64,000 nucleotides of DNA from a virus (lineage: Duplodnaviria; Caudoviricetes): the IMG/VR virus record IMGVR_UViG_3300022752_000013; one strand, given 5' to 3'. This document shows, piece after piece, positions 1 through 10,019 of this stretch; the first letter of the stretch is position 1; each line of letters opens with the position of its first letter. A model generated the notes under the pieces. The model saw only the letters and a program-made list of their open reading frames with translations. It searched no databases and was not told the origin of the DNA. A program made the translations under genes and the position numbers.

Positions 1-444
1 AACAGTTTGTTTAATCCAGGCTTTTGGCTCAGGCAGTCCAGACCATTGCTCGCTGTCACCGCGTTGCACAGCAATCACAATGTTTTCGCCAGATCGCCAG
101 GGTCGTAGACTTATGCCTAACCTTTGTGCTCTGTTATCTTGACTGCCTGAGCCAAACCATGCACGACGATTCACACCGTTGAGACCCATTTTCCATGTAC
201 AACCCCGCTTTAACATTCCTACTTCTAACACAATCACGTCACGACCAGAGTCTCTAAATGTTTTCCAAACGTCCTGATTGTGTCGCATGCGCCCAGACCA
301 AAGATGACTCCATATCACCGCTACATCTGCGCCCAGATCGTGACTGTTAGATTGAATGCCCAGGGCATGTAACCCTTGTTCAAAGGCTGCAAATACAGGC
401 ACAGAGTTTAGTGCACCAAAGTTATTGAATAGACTGATTTTCAT
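1..444 (-). CDS. Capsule-polysaccharide (KpsS-like)/glycosyltransferase-like protein, runs off window edge
   Basis: Read by hand (not in ORF track): ATG at 444, MKISLFNNFGALNSVPVFAAF...ADVAVIWS...VLEVGMLKRG; resembles 3351-4316 and 4313-5128. Confidence 0.6.
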   Translation of the reverse strand, partial: MKISLFNNFGALNSVPVFAAFEQGLHALGIQSNSHDLGADVAVIWSHLWSGRMRHNQDVWKTFRDSGRDVIVLEVGMLKRGCTWKMGLNGVNRRAWFGSGSQDNRAQRLGISLRPWRSGENIVIAVQRGDSEQWSGLPEPKAWIKQTV

Positions 445-462
445 TTGATTAAATAGTTATAT

Positions 463-1110
463 ATGTATAAAATAAACTCACTGTGGTATTCTCCAGAGCC
501 ACCAAATGGATTTTTTAGTGAACGACTGCAGGAGGTGGTAGATGTACATTATCAAAATCGTTATCGTTGGTATGTGTACAACAATATTCCTCGCAAGCGT
601 GTGATGATTGATATTGGTGCCAACATTGGTATATTTGCTAGACCCAGTGCTGAACAGTTTGAACATGTGATATGTTTCGAACCAGTGCTAAAAAACTTTG
701 AAGTCTTGCAAAAAAATCTAGAAAATTATTCTAATGTAGAACTCTATAACTTGGGTCTCAGTGACCGAGATCAAACAGCAACATTTGAATTACAAACTCT
801 CAAGTGTGGACATACCAAACAAGTGGCAGAGTTTGTGCCCAACCCAGAGTTTGAAAAACACACTGGAGAATTAACCACCCTGGATCGATTCAATTTTGAA
901 TCGGTTGACTGGGTCAAGATTGATGTTGAAGGTTTTGAAAATGCAGTGTTAGACGGCAGTCGCGATACTATACAACGCAATAGACCTTGGTTGTTGATTG
1001 AGGATAACGGTCAACAAGATCAACACAGACAGTGGCTTAATGATTTGTGTGGCCCATATGAGGCAGCACCGGTCAAGAGCAAGAGTAATACGATATGGGT
1101 ACCATTATGA
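463..1110 (+). CDS. FkbM-family SAM methyltransferase
   Basis: MIDIGANIGIF motif I, CFEP, VKIDVEGFE..VL.G. Confidence 0.9.
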   Translation: MYKINSLWYSPEPPNGFFSERLQEVVDVHYQNRYRWYVYNNIPRKRVMIDIGANIGIFARPSAEQFEHVICFEPVLKNFEVLQKNLENYSNVELYNLGLSDRDQTATFELQTLKCGHTKQVAEFVPNPEFEKHTGELTTLDRFNFESVDWVKIDVEGFENAVLDGSRDTIQRNRPWLLIEDNGQQDQHRQWLNDLCGPYEAAPVKSKSNTIWVPL

Positions 1111-1823
1111 AGCATTTACCCTATGAACGACAAGGTTTTAGTCAAAATGATGAGACCGGAATTATTGAATACATGTTGGCAGGGATTGTAGACTCAAAAA
1201 AAACTTTTGTGGAGATTGGGTTTGGAGATGGAACACAGAACATGACTCTGGACTTGCTACATCAAGGCTATTGCGGTGTTGGTATAGACGGATGGGACTG
1301 GGATCCTTCTGTGACTGAGAGATGGCCGGATCAATTGATCAAAGTACAACAAATGATTTCCCCCGGAGATGTGGCACAGTACATTCCAGAACAATATTGG
1401 CAACCGGACTTTTTTAGTCTTGACATCGACAGTTTTGATTATGAAGTAGCATCAACTCTATTGCAATCAGGATTCCGCCCGGCTGTGGTATGTTGCGAAA
1501 TTAACAAGCACTTTGGTAACGATTGGGCTAGTTTTCCTTATGTTGAAAACACAATAAAAAAAGTCACGTACAATAGAAAATTTCATTATGGCTGTTCGTT
1601 ATCGAAGTACAAAGATTTGTGGTCACAATATGGTTATGAATTTTTTACATTTGACACCAGAGCCGTGAATGCGTTTTGGTTCCATCCAGACCAAGTCAAT
1701 CTGGATTTAGATGTTCCTAGAAATCAAACACTTGATGAGATAGATACTGCTATTATGAAACAACAAATTGCCGACCATCAGTATTGGAACAATAAAGAAA
1801 ACGGGATCTATCAAACAATATGA
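1107..1823 (+). CDS. FkbM-like methyltransferase-fold protein
   Basis: FSQNDETGII, FVEIGFGDG, SLDIDSFDY; ATGA overlap with previous stop. Confidence 0.7.
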   Translation: MKHLPYERQGFSQNDETGIIEYMLAGIVDSKKTFVEIGFGDGTQNMTLDLLHQGYCGVGIDGWDWDPSVTERWPDQLIKVQQMISPGDVAQYIPEQYWQPDFFSLDIDSFDYEVASTLLQSGFRPAVVCCEINKHFGNDWASFPYVENTIKKVTYNRKFHYGCSLSKYKDLWSQYGYEFFTFDTRAVNAFWFHPDQVNLDLDVPRNQTLDEIDTAIMKQQIADHQYWNNKENGIYQTI

Positions 1824-2647
1824 AATACGCAGTACTAACAACATTCCATGCCGCAGGATATCAAAAATATGCCAGTCGCATGATTGATACATTTTTACAA
1901 AACTGGCCATCGGAAGTTGACCTGTACGTTTACACAGAAGATTGCTCTATCACACAGAGTGCACCTAATCTACACGTAAGAGATTTACACGCTGTGAGTC
2001 CTGAAATTGTGGCATTCAAACAACGCTGGGGCAGTGATCCCAGAGCACGTGGCCTGGTTGCCACCGGACCAGCAGACCGTAAAGGCAAAGCACCCGGCAT
2101 AGGTTTTCGTTGGGACGCTATACGTTTTAGTCACAAAGCATATTCAGTTGCTCACTGTGCTGCCAACTGTTCAGCAGATGTGCTGTTCTGGATGGATGCT
2201 GACATGGTGTGTCATACACCTGTTACCACAGCATTTATAGATAGTCAAATACCTGCGGGCACAGGACTGGCTTACCTGGGTCGTGAAAAGAAATTCACCG
2301 AATGTGGTTTGTATGGTATGAACTTGCAGGATCCTATAACTCGAACATGGTTAAAAGAATTTCAACTGGCATATGATTCTGGTAGATTAATGACCATGAG
2401 CGAATGGAATGATTGTTGGGTGTTTGACGAAACTAGAAAAGAAGTACAAGCCTCTAATCCTGCATGGCGCCAACTAAACTGGTCAGCCGGACTAATCAAA
2501 GGCGAAGGGCACCCATTGATCAACACTGCCTGGGGTGCTTACTTAGATCATCTCAAAGGCAAGCGCAAAGACACAGGGCGTAGCAATGACAAAGATTTAA
2601 TACGCCCTAGAACAGAAAGTTACTGGTCATCTTCCGCAATCTCTTGA
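1820..2647 (+). CDS. GT-A fold glycosyltransferase
   Basis: FWMDADMV DxD motif, LYVYTED, NDCWVFD, YLDHLKG. Confidence 0.7.
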   Translation: MKYAVLTTFHAAGYQKYASRMIDTFLQNWPSEVDLYVYTEDCSITQSAPNLHVRDLHAVSPEIVAFKQRWGSDPRARGLVATGPADRKGKAPGIGFRWDAIRFSHKAYSVAHCAANCSADVLFWMDADMVCHTPVTTAFIDSQIPAGTGLAYLGREKKFTECGLYGMNLQDPITRTWLKEFQLAYDSGRLMTMSEWNDCWVFDETRKEVQASNPAWRQLNWSAGLIKGEGHPLINTAWGAYLDHLKGKRKDTGRSNDKDLIRPRTESYWSSSAIS

Positions 2648-3354
2648 CCATATTCTGCTTTGGAATGTTTGGCCTTGTAGTGTATCAAGTGCTCGCCCAT
2701 TACTGTGTGTGGTAGTGGTGTTTTGTAAGATTTAGCGAATCCATGGCAAAGGTCATTCACCCGACATTGTTTGACCACTCCAAGTGCGGCACCAAAAACA
2801 TCATTGTCATAAAATCTACGCAAGTCAGCGTGGTCTCTTTCGTGATACCTTCTAATATATTCTGTTCTGAATGTTTTAAATTGCCAGTGGCGAGTATTTA
2901 CAGCAAAGATGCCAGTTTCGGGTACCAACCAGTTGCCAGCATTTCCTGCTTTGTCAGAAGTATAAGTCACTCCCATGTACATGGACAAACAACCAGATTT
3001 CAATATATTTTCTAACATTTCTATTGGCAAGTCTTTGATGGTAACAACGTCGGCATCCATCCAAAAAATCCAATCTGCTTGCGGTTGGGCAATAGCATGC
3101 ATGAAACTGTAGGCTTTTTTGGCAAACTTCTTTTGACTTTGATTTAGATCAGGTTCCAATTGAAATTTTTCATAGTCAGGATCCAACTTGGAAAAATCTA
3201 TTTGCTCAATGCGGTCGTGCTTGGGCAATCTAAAGCCCTCTACATAGCAGGTTAATGTCAATTCTTCGGGCCAGTATTTGATAAAACTAGACACGCTGTC
3301 CTTGCCAATTAGATCATAATATGTTTGATTAAAACTTGTAATAACTTGTATCAT
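2620..3354 (-). CDS. GT-A fold glycosyltransferase, paralog of 1820-2647
   Basis: FWMDADVV, PETG, DNDVFG, HYKAK; start at 3354 gives ATGA coupling. Confidence 0.7.
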   Translation of the reverse strand: MIQVITSFNQTYYDLIGKDSVSSFIKYWPEELTLTCYVEGFRLPKHDRIEQIDFSKLDPDYEKFQLEPDLNQSQKKFAKKAYSFMHAIAQPQADWIFWMDADVVTIKDLPIEMLENILKSGCLSMYMGVTYTSDKAGNAGNWLVPETGIFAVNTRHWQFKTFRTEYIRRYHERDHADLRRFYDNDVFGAALGVVKQCRVNDLCHGFAKSYKTPLPHTVMGEHLIHYKAKHSKAEYGQEIAEDDQ

Positions 3355-4316
3355 CTCTTTGCCCATTTTTTCATGTGTGCCCAGGCGGCACCAGATCGTA
3401 ACTCATCATGACTCCAGTGAAACTGTGAGATGCGTTGTATCCATGCCAGTCGATCAGGAGTATGTGGTTTTTCAATCCTATTAAGACCAGAGCCTGCTAT
3501 ATCCCTTGCCTGACTACGCTCAGGATCTGTTACAAACACCGGTATGCCTTCTATGGCAGCAGCCACAGCAGGACTAGAGTTGTGATTGACCACCGCCCAA
3601 CAATTTTTAAAATCGTGCATAAGTGTACTGCCTGCTGGGCTAAGATGTACATTTAGCAATCTACGTCCAATACACAGTTTAAGCAAACGCTCGCAATATT
3701 TCACAGCCCTTTTATCTCCAGGGTGTGGACGTATTCTAATAGGACGATCAGTATATTTTCTTATCTCTGCAATGGTTTTTATTGCCCAATCAATCACGTC
3801 CCATCCGGCCATGCTCCACCCGCCATCACGCTGGAGGCATAACAATATGTGATCGCCTTGTGTGCGCCAAGGTTCCAACTGTACTCCTGTCTGTGCCTGT
3901 ATAGTCTGCCAGCGTTCAGGATCAGGTGACTTATCACAGTATTCTCCAGTGTTGGGAAACACACCATCATAACTATATCGCAACCAGTAACCAGGATTGT
4001 CAGTGTTTCTGTACAAGAATAAATTTGAATCAGCAATCACAGTTCTGCCGCCATTGGCCTGTTGTCCATCCACAATGTTTTGTCTCAATTGTAAATGAGC
4101 GGCAGTCTTTCCATGTTCGTGTACCCATCCCAGTATGACAGCCACATCACTGGGCTCGTACACTGGATCATCAGATATGATTCCATCATCATCACAGGCG
4201 TTTGCTCCTTGTATAAAATATCTCAAGGTGTTGCTCTTGTCTTGTGCCTTTTGCAAAGACTCTGCGGTGTATTGATCCTTTTTGGGCAAGGTAGCCAGGT
4301 AACTTACAATTTTCAT
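3351..4316 (-). CDS. Capsule polysaccharide biosynthesis (KpsS-like) protein
   Basis: IRIRPHP, NHNSSPAVAAAIEGIPVFV. Confidence 0.6.
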   Translation of the reverse strand: MKIVSYLATLPKKDQYTAESLQKAQDKSNTLRYFIQGANACDDDGIISDDPVYEPSDVAVILGWVHEHGKTAAHLQLRQNIVDGQQANGGRTVIADSNLFLYRNTDNPGYWLRYSYDGVFPNTGEYCDKSPDPERWQTIQAQTGVQLEPWRTQGDHILLCLQRDGGWSMAGWDVIDWAIKTIAEIRKYTDRPIRIRPHPGDKRAVKYCERLLKLCIGRRLLNVHLSPAGSTLMHDFKNCWAVVNHNSSPAVAAAIEGIPVFVTDPERSQARDIAGSGLNRIEKPHTPDRLAWIQRISQFHWSHDELRSGAAWAHMKKWAKR

Positions 4317-5128
4317 TCTTGCATCATCCTAAATGCTGTGCCATTTCTCAGTTCTTTCACATGATACTGTCCGTAGGCCATACTGTGACACCAAGCATCT
4401 ATTAGATCTTGATCGGCCCAAACAGGATCTTCAATACTATCCAATGTAGTGTTGGCCACTGGTGCTGCCACATGTGTTGGTGCTAGTACAAATGCAGGCA
4501 CCCCTGCAAATATACTTTCCACTGCGGCCACACTGTTGAATGTGACCAAGGCATGTACGTCATTGGCCAGTGCCTGACTCAATGGTGCAGTAGCGACTCT
4601 ATCTATACGTTTGTGCGCACGTTGTCGAACTTCCACTGGGCGGTCTGTGAGTTGTTTTATTTTTGCCACAGTATCTTTGACCCATTGTTGTTGATCAATT
4701 CCGTAAAATCTACAAGGTTTTTCGTCAGGTGCCGCTACTATGATTTTTCGTCCATGACGTCTTGGTTGCAATGTGATTCCTAACTTAGACCATCGATCTG
4801 CAGGACGTGGTTGAATCTCTTTGTGCTGTAAATCATTTTTTACTATTCTGTGATAGACTTTGATACCACGAGGATTGGTAGCAGTTGCATTGTTGCCTGC
4901 ATAGCCCGAATCTACATACCAAAAGTCATGATTGCCTTCCCAGCACCGGTGCATGATTTTGTGTTTGAGAATACCGCGTAGCACTAATTTTTTCTGATCC
5001 ACTTCAACATCATAATGAAAGTCAAAATAGTCACTGTCAGTGGGGTCGGCGCCAGCACTTTGAGCCAACATGTTGATGTATTCATCTTGATTGTTTTTGC
5101 TCAGAAATAACCAATTTTGATTTGTCAT
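4313..5128 (-). CDS. Capsule polysaccharide biosynthesis (KpsS-like) protein, paralog
   Basis: YVDSGY, VTFNSVAAVESIFAGVPAFV. Confidence 0.6.
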   Translation of the reverse strand: MTNQNWLFLSKNNQDEYINMLAQSAGADPTDSDYFDFHYDVEVDQKKLVLRGILKHKIMHRCWEGNHDFWYVDSGYAGNNATATNPRGIKVYHRIVKNDLQHKEIQPRPADRWSKLGITLQPRRHGRKIIVAAPDEKPCRFYGIDQQQWVKDTVAKIKQLTDRPVEVRQRAHKRIDRVATAPLSQALANDVHALVTFNSVAAVESIFAGVPAFVLAPTHVAAPVANTTLDSIEDPVWADQDLIDAWCHSMAYGQYHVKELRNGTAFRMMQE

Positions 5129-5138
5129 AATGTATTTG

Positions 5139-5693
5139 TCATTTTTTGGCCATTATGATATATTTTTTAACTATCATAGGTGCTGTCATTGTTGGCTTGT
5201 TTTTAATAACATCAAAATATTCGTCTTTAAGAATAGTATAGCCATGATCTATAAACTTTTGTTTCCACCACTCAGGGGTTTCTTGTATCAAATGTGCGTT
5301 TCTTCCATCGGCCAAAATCAACTTAGCAGGACTCAATGCAATCAAATGATAGATGTATTTGCTTTTAGTTGATAGATATGCCAAAGTTTGATCAATAAAT
5401 TCTGGCTCTACATGTTCCAATGCATCTGACGAATAAATTAAATCGTAAACTTTATCATCAATAGAGTAATCAAACTCAGCGTTTGCAGGATCATATCCAG
5501 TTATAGTTTTGTCTGGAAACTGCACTTTTAATGTTTGTATTAGATTGCCTTTGCCGCAACCAAAATCTAAAATGGTTTGTGGATTTTGATCTATGATAAA
5601 ATCAAACAAGTATCGTGGCATCTTGGCACGTTTTCCAAACGATGCTCGACGGTGTTCTCGTTGTAGCATTTTTTTATATCCGTTTGATATCAT
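5139..5693 (-). CDS. Class I SAM-dependent methyltransferase
   Basis: ILDFGCGKG, GYDP, SDALEHVEP; start chosen by ATGA coupling. Confidence 0.85.
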   Translation of the reverse strand: MISNGYKKMLQREHRRASFGKRAKMPRYLFDFIIDQNPQTILDFGCGKGNLIQTLKVQFPDKTITGYDPANAEFDYSIDDKVYDLIYSSDALEHVEPEFIDQTLAYLSTKSKYIYHLIALSPAKLILADGRNAHLIQETPEWWKQKFIDHGYTILKDEYFDVIKNKPTMTAPMIVKKYIIMAKK

Positions 5694-6370
5694 GTTCGTT
5701 GTAAACAGTAGTCGGCCAACATGTGCTCGCGATGCCATTCTTCGCTCTGTGGCGTTGTAGCAAACTCATGAAAGCAGGGAGTTCCTAGAGTATAATGCAA
5801 TAACTTAGCGTTGGAATTTGGTCCATACTCGTCTGGTAACCAGTTCCATTCTTTTGGCAACTCGCCAATGCGGTCATCTTCTAACCATGTAAATCGATGT
5901 AGTTCTGCACCTGTTGCTTTTTGTACATACTGTGGCACTAGTTTGCGATTGGGAAAACTATTACAATTCCATAAAATAACACTGGACCAATTTTTTCGAG
6001 GATAATTTTCATTTGGTGATCCTAAATATTTTTCTGTCATTCGAGTTTGATAATCATGTTTAACAACCATTACATCTTTGTCTAGTTCTCTTAATTCCCA
6101 AAGTTTTGCAACATCGTCACGCACAATCATGTCACCGTCTATAAAGATGGCCCAACCTGTAAATTGCATCAAGTGCGGCACAAGAAATCTACTGTAGATA
6201 AACTGATTTGACCCGTCGGTGTGTGTCTCTGTGTAGTCTTCAAACAAGTTCAAGGCCAATGGAATGATAGCAACAGGTTTTGAAGCATGCCGTATGATTG
6301 AGTTGGCACAGGTATGATATGCCACTGCTTCTCTTGGATCATACCCAACAAAGATCGGAATTGGTGTCAT
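5690..6370 (-). CDS. GT8-like glycosyltransferase
   Basis: IFVGYDPRE, YSRFLVP, FIDGDM, RKNWSSV, HYTLGTP. Confidence 0.8.
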   Translation of the reverse strand: MTPIPIFVGYDPREAVAYHTCANSIIRHASKPVAIIPLALNLFEDYTETHTDGSNQFIYSRFLVPHLMQFTGWAIFIDGDMIVRDDVAKLWELRELDKDVMVVKHDYQTRMTEKYLGSPNENYPRKNWSSVILWNCNSFPNRKLVPQYVQKATGAELHRFTWLEDDRIGELPKEWNWLPDEYGPNSNAKLLHYTLGTPCFHEFATTPQSEEWHREHMLADYCLQRT

Positions 6371-7125
6371 CGACGTTCTATGTCCTCTTCCACACAGTCC
6401 TCGCCGTACTGTATCTCAATCAGTCTGAGTGGATGATCGGTTTCGTTGCACAGTTGATGCCACTCGTTGAGTTTTATCCAGGTACTTTGATGTTGTGCTG
6501 GACTGGCCAATAGATCTCGATCAGTCGAATGTGGGTCTACAGTGTATACAGTGGCTTCTCCTTCGGCCACAAACCAGAATTCAGCACGTTTTTCGTGACG
6601 TTGCATGCTTAGGCATGTTTTGGGTGCAACCGTTAGTTCTTTGAGTTTGGTATGATTGCCTACTTCGTGTAGCACACGATAGTAGCCCCAGGCACGGTCA
6701 GTTCGAGGTTTCTTCCAGTTTTCAAGAATCCAACTACTGGAGTTGGCTTTGTTGTTGCCACCAACACCAAACACAAATTCCACATCATTAAACACCATTT
6801 CGGGAATGTTGTCCGATGTGCGATCGCCGCCATTGGCAAACACAATCTCATCATCGGGGTACTTGGCTCGTGTCTGACGAATAGCATCACAAGCAGTATC
6901 GTCGCCGTCATCAAATGCAATCACTTCGTCAACCATGTGTAGATTGTCCAGTATGGTCATTCTTTCACGCCATGACATAAACGGTCGGCCTTTTTTGCGT
7001 GTGAGCCACTCATCTGAGTTTAGACCCACAACCACGTGATCACCTAGGTGATCGGCATGATTGAGCAAAGAGATGTGTCCAGAATGTAGTGGATCAAATC
7101 CACCGGTTAATATAACAATTTTCAT
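6367..7125 (-). CDS. Cytidylyltransferase fused to mannose-6-phosphate-isomerase-like cupin
   Basis: TGGFDPLHSGH (HIGH), FANGGDR; C-terminal RAWGYY..LSMQRHEKRAEFW..IEIQYG. Confidence 0.9.
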   Translation of the reverse strand: MKIVILTGGFDPLHSGHISLLNHADHLGDHVVVGLNSDEWLTRKKGRPFMSWRERMTILDNLHMVDEVIAFDDGDDTACDAIRQTRAKYPDDEIVFANGGDRTSDNIPEMVFNDVEFVFGVGGNNKANSSSWILENWKKPRTDRAWGYYRVLHEVGNHTKLKELTVAPKTCLSMQRHEKRAEFWFVAEGEATVYTVDPHSTDRDLLASPAQHQSTWIKLNEWHQLCNETDHPLRLIEIQYGEDCVEEDIERR

Positions 7126-7162
7126 ATGAATATTTATATGCGCATATTACGATAAATACAAA

Positions 7163-7756
7163 ATGGAACACTTCTATCAAGACGTTGCCGGCTTTATGAG
7201 CCACAAAAACACAGTGATGCTTGACATAGTATTAGATCAGTTTCCTGAATCAGGCACCTGGGTTGAACTGGGATCCTGGACCGGGCGCAGTGCGGCCTAT
7301 TGTGTGGTTGAATTGCTTAATCGACAAAAACTAGGTAAATTTTATTGTGTGGACAGTTGGAAAGGTGAGGCCGATATAGCATATGACCCTGATACTGTGC
7401 AGGATCTTAAAAAAATATTTAGACAAAATGTAAAGCCAGTGATCAAACACATTACCATGCTGAATATGATGAGTTGGAATGCGGCCAAAAAGTTTGATGA
7501 TGATTCTGTGGACTTTTGTTATGTAGACGCAGGACACAGTTATGAAGCAGTGACCAAGGATCTTCGAGCATGGTGGCCAAAAATGCGACCAGGTGCCATG
7601 TTTGGCGGTGATGATTATACCAAAGGTTACCCGGGAGTACAACAGGCAGTTTGGGACTTCTTTGGCCCACTGGGTATAAAGGTACGTAGAGCAGGACGTT
7701 GTTGGCTGATAACAAAACCAAATGACCCTGAGCAAACTGATTTAAATACCATATGA
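7163..7756 (+). CDS. Class I SAM methyltransferase (Methyltransf_24-like)
   Basis: VELGSWTGRS, VDSW, YVDAGHSYE, GDDY. Confidence 0.85.
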   Translation: MEHFYQDVAGFMSHKNTVMLDIVLDQFPESGTWVELGSWTGRSAAYCVVELLNRQKLGKFYCVDSWKGEADIAYDPDTVQDLKKIFRQNVKPVIKHITMLNMMSWNAAKKFDDDSVDFCYVDAGHSYEAVTKDLRAWWPKMRPGAMFGGDDYTKGYPGVQQAVWDFFGPLGIKVRRAGRCWLITKPNDPEQTDLNTI

Positions 7757-8391
7757 ACAAATCCTGGTTAGAACATTATCGTAGCACATACTACGAATTA
7801 TTAAGCCCCGAAGTCAGTGGAGCGAAACGACTGTTAGTCGAAGGCATTTACAAACGTGCCATTGGTTTCGACATCATGTTTCGTTTGTTGCTGAATCAAC
7901 GCAGAGAAAACTTTTCTATCATTGAAACTGGCACCTTGCGCACACCTGGCAACTGGAAAGACGGGCAAAGTGCCGCGCTGTTTACAGAGTTTGTGGACTG
8001 GCATGAGGGACAGATGCGTAGTGTAGACATTGATCCAGAAGCAGTGGCGGCTGCACGTGGACACATTGTTAGTGATCGATTTAGTGTGGCTTGCAGTGAC
8101 AGTGTGACCTGGCTTGAATCGTTGACTGACTTGAATCAAGTTGACTTGTACTATCTAGATTCCTGGGATGTCAAATGGGATGACGACACAGATAGTGCCA
8201 ATCATCACCTGAAAGAGTTTCTGGTAATCGAGCCGCACCTGAAGCCAGGTTGCGTAGTGGCTATAGATGACAACAGTCGTTGGTATGCTAACAATCGCCG
8301 CACAGGCAAAGGTCGCGCTGTTGTGGAATATCTTGAAGCAAAGAATCATCTGCCCATTTACGACGAATATCAAATTATATTTCAATTTTAA
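7753..8391 (+). CDS. Methyltransferase-fold protein
   Basis: IIETGT, SVDID, LYYLDS, AIDD. Confidence 0.65.
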   Translation: MNKSWLEHYRSTYYELLSPEVSGAKRLLVEGIYKRAIGFDIMFRLLLNQRRENFSIIETGTLRTPGNWKDGQSAALFTEFVDWHEGQMRSVDIDPEAVAAARGHIVSDRFSVACSDSVTWLESLTDLNQVDLYYLDSWDVKWDDDTDSANHHLKEFLVIEPHLKPGCVVAIDDNSRWYANNRRTGKGRAVVEYLEAKNHLPIYDEYQIIFQF

Positions 8392-9182
8392 TGGTCATAG
8401 ATACTTTTTTATTCAATGACGAATTCGACATGCTGGACATACACCTAGCAATCACCGATCACTATGTTGACCGCTGGATAGTGCTGGAAGCCAGTAGAAC
8501 ATTCAGTGGCATACCCAAGCCCTATAACTTGACCAACAATTTGCAACAGTACCAAGAAAAATATCCAGATCGTATCCAAGTGGTCACATTAGAACTAAAT
8601 GAAGATCAAACCAATTTAATTTGCGAAACCATGATGCGCCAGGGTCTACAACCGGCCATTGATCAATACAGCGCCGACGACATTGTGATACATGGTGACC
8701 TTGATGAGATCATAGATCCTACCAAATGGTCAGCCATTGTCGACTTGATGAATGCTAACGATTGTGCAGTCACTTGTGGATTTGAAATGTACATGTACCG
8801 GTTTGACCAAAAGGCCGAACGTAACTGGAAAGGCAGTGTGGCGGCTCGTAAACACATGTTTGTGACCCCACACGAATTATACAAAGGCAACAGCACCAAA
8901 CGAAAAGATCGTAGTCATTGTGTAGGATTTAAAGAAGCAGTGGGTTGGCATTGGACCTGGATTGGTACAGACGAACTGGTAAAAAACAAAGCACGAAGTT
9001 GTATCGAAAGCCAACACAGAGACCCTGAACAAATACTTGAAGCATTCAAACGCCTGGACACTATTTCTGCAATCAATCACAAATGTACCACACACACCAT
9101 TGATACTGCATACCCTGAATCTGTACAAAACGTACTGAAGAATTACCCACAATATTGGACCCATGCTCCGGTGGTTGAATGA
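8391..9182 (+). CDS. GT17-like (N-acetylglucosaminyltransferase-like) glycosyltransferase
   Basis: IDTFLFNDEFDML, VLEASRTFSG.PKP, GDLDEI, GWHWTW. Confidence 0.8.
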   Translation: MVIDTFLFNDEFDMLDIHLAITDHYVDRWIVLEASRTFSGIPKPYNLTNNLQQYQEKYPDRIQVVTLELNEDQTNLICETMMRQGLQPAIDQYSADDIVIHGDLDEIIDPTKWSAIVDLMNANDCAVTCGFEMYMYRFDQKAERNWKGSVAARKHMFVTPHELYKGNSTKRKDRSHCVGFKEAVGWHWTWIGTDELVKNKARSCIESQHRDPEQILEAFKRLDTISAINHKCTTHTIDTAYPESVQNVLKNYPQYWTHAPVVE

Positions 9183-9991
9183 AAACTCGCGAGCAACTGA
9201 AACAAGAGCACCGTGAGGCTAGAGAAGCACATCGTGCGGCCAAGTACCAAGAGCCTGTTGTGACCGAAGCAGACCCTAATGCACCTGTGGATTGTGCCTG
9301 CGTAATACACGGCGATGTCTATAGTTGGCAATATGTAGACACTCTTTACAGTATGTTGAGTCGCAATTTGTCTAGAAAAATTCGCATGCATGTATACACT
9401 GAACATGATCGCGATGTGCCTGCGCACATGATCAAACATGTGTTGACAGAATGGCCAGGCATACGTGGAAGTAAAAAATCTTGGTGGTACAAAATGCAGT
9501 TGTTTAATCCTGCACACTATTCGGGGCAGTTGTTATATCTAGATCTTGACACAGTTGTAGTAAACAGTTTAGATTGGATAACCAAACTCAGTTCAGATCG
9601 CCTTTGGACCATTAGAGATTTCAAGACACTTTGGAGACCCAGATTCCAGGGTATCAATAGCAGTGTGATGTATTGGCACACTGAAAAGTTTGCAGATATC
9701 TGGACAGAGTTTAGCAAACAAAATATACCTAAAATGTGTAGCAAATATCACGGTGATCAGGATTACTTGAGTGCGGTGTTAACACCCACCCAAAGACGTT
9801 TTTTTCCAGAAAAGTCGGCGCTAAGTTGGCGCTGGCAAACACTAGATGGGGGTATGGACCCGTACACACGCAAGTATCTAATCCCTGGAGCAGGCACACA
9901 ATTTGGCTCGGAAACTAGCCTGCTAATTTTTCATGGGCAACCCAAACCTGATCAAGTGCAAGATTCTGTAATAAAAAATCATTGGCATTAG
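9179..9991 (+). CDS. GT-A glycosyltransferase
   Basis: WWYKMQLF, LYLDLDTVV, INSSVM, GDQDY, FHGQPKP. Confidence 0.85.
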   Translation: MKTREQLKQEHREAREAHRAAKYQEPVVTEADPNAPVDCACVIHGDVYSWQYVDTLYSMLSRNLSRKIRMHVYTEHDRDVPAHMIKHVLTEWPGIRGSKKSWWYKMQLFNPAHYSGQLLYLDLDTVVVNSLDWITKLSSDRLWTIRDFKTLWRPRFQGINSSVMYWHTEKFADIWTEFSKQNIPKMCSKYHGDQDYLSAVLTPTQRRFFPEKSALSWRWQTLDGGMDPYTRKYLIPGAGTQFGSETSLLIFHGQPKPDQVQDSVIKNHWH

Positions 9992-10019
9992 GCTAAATAC
10001 ATCAAAAGGAGATACTAAT

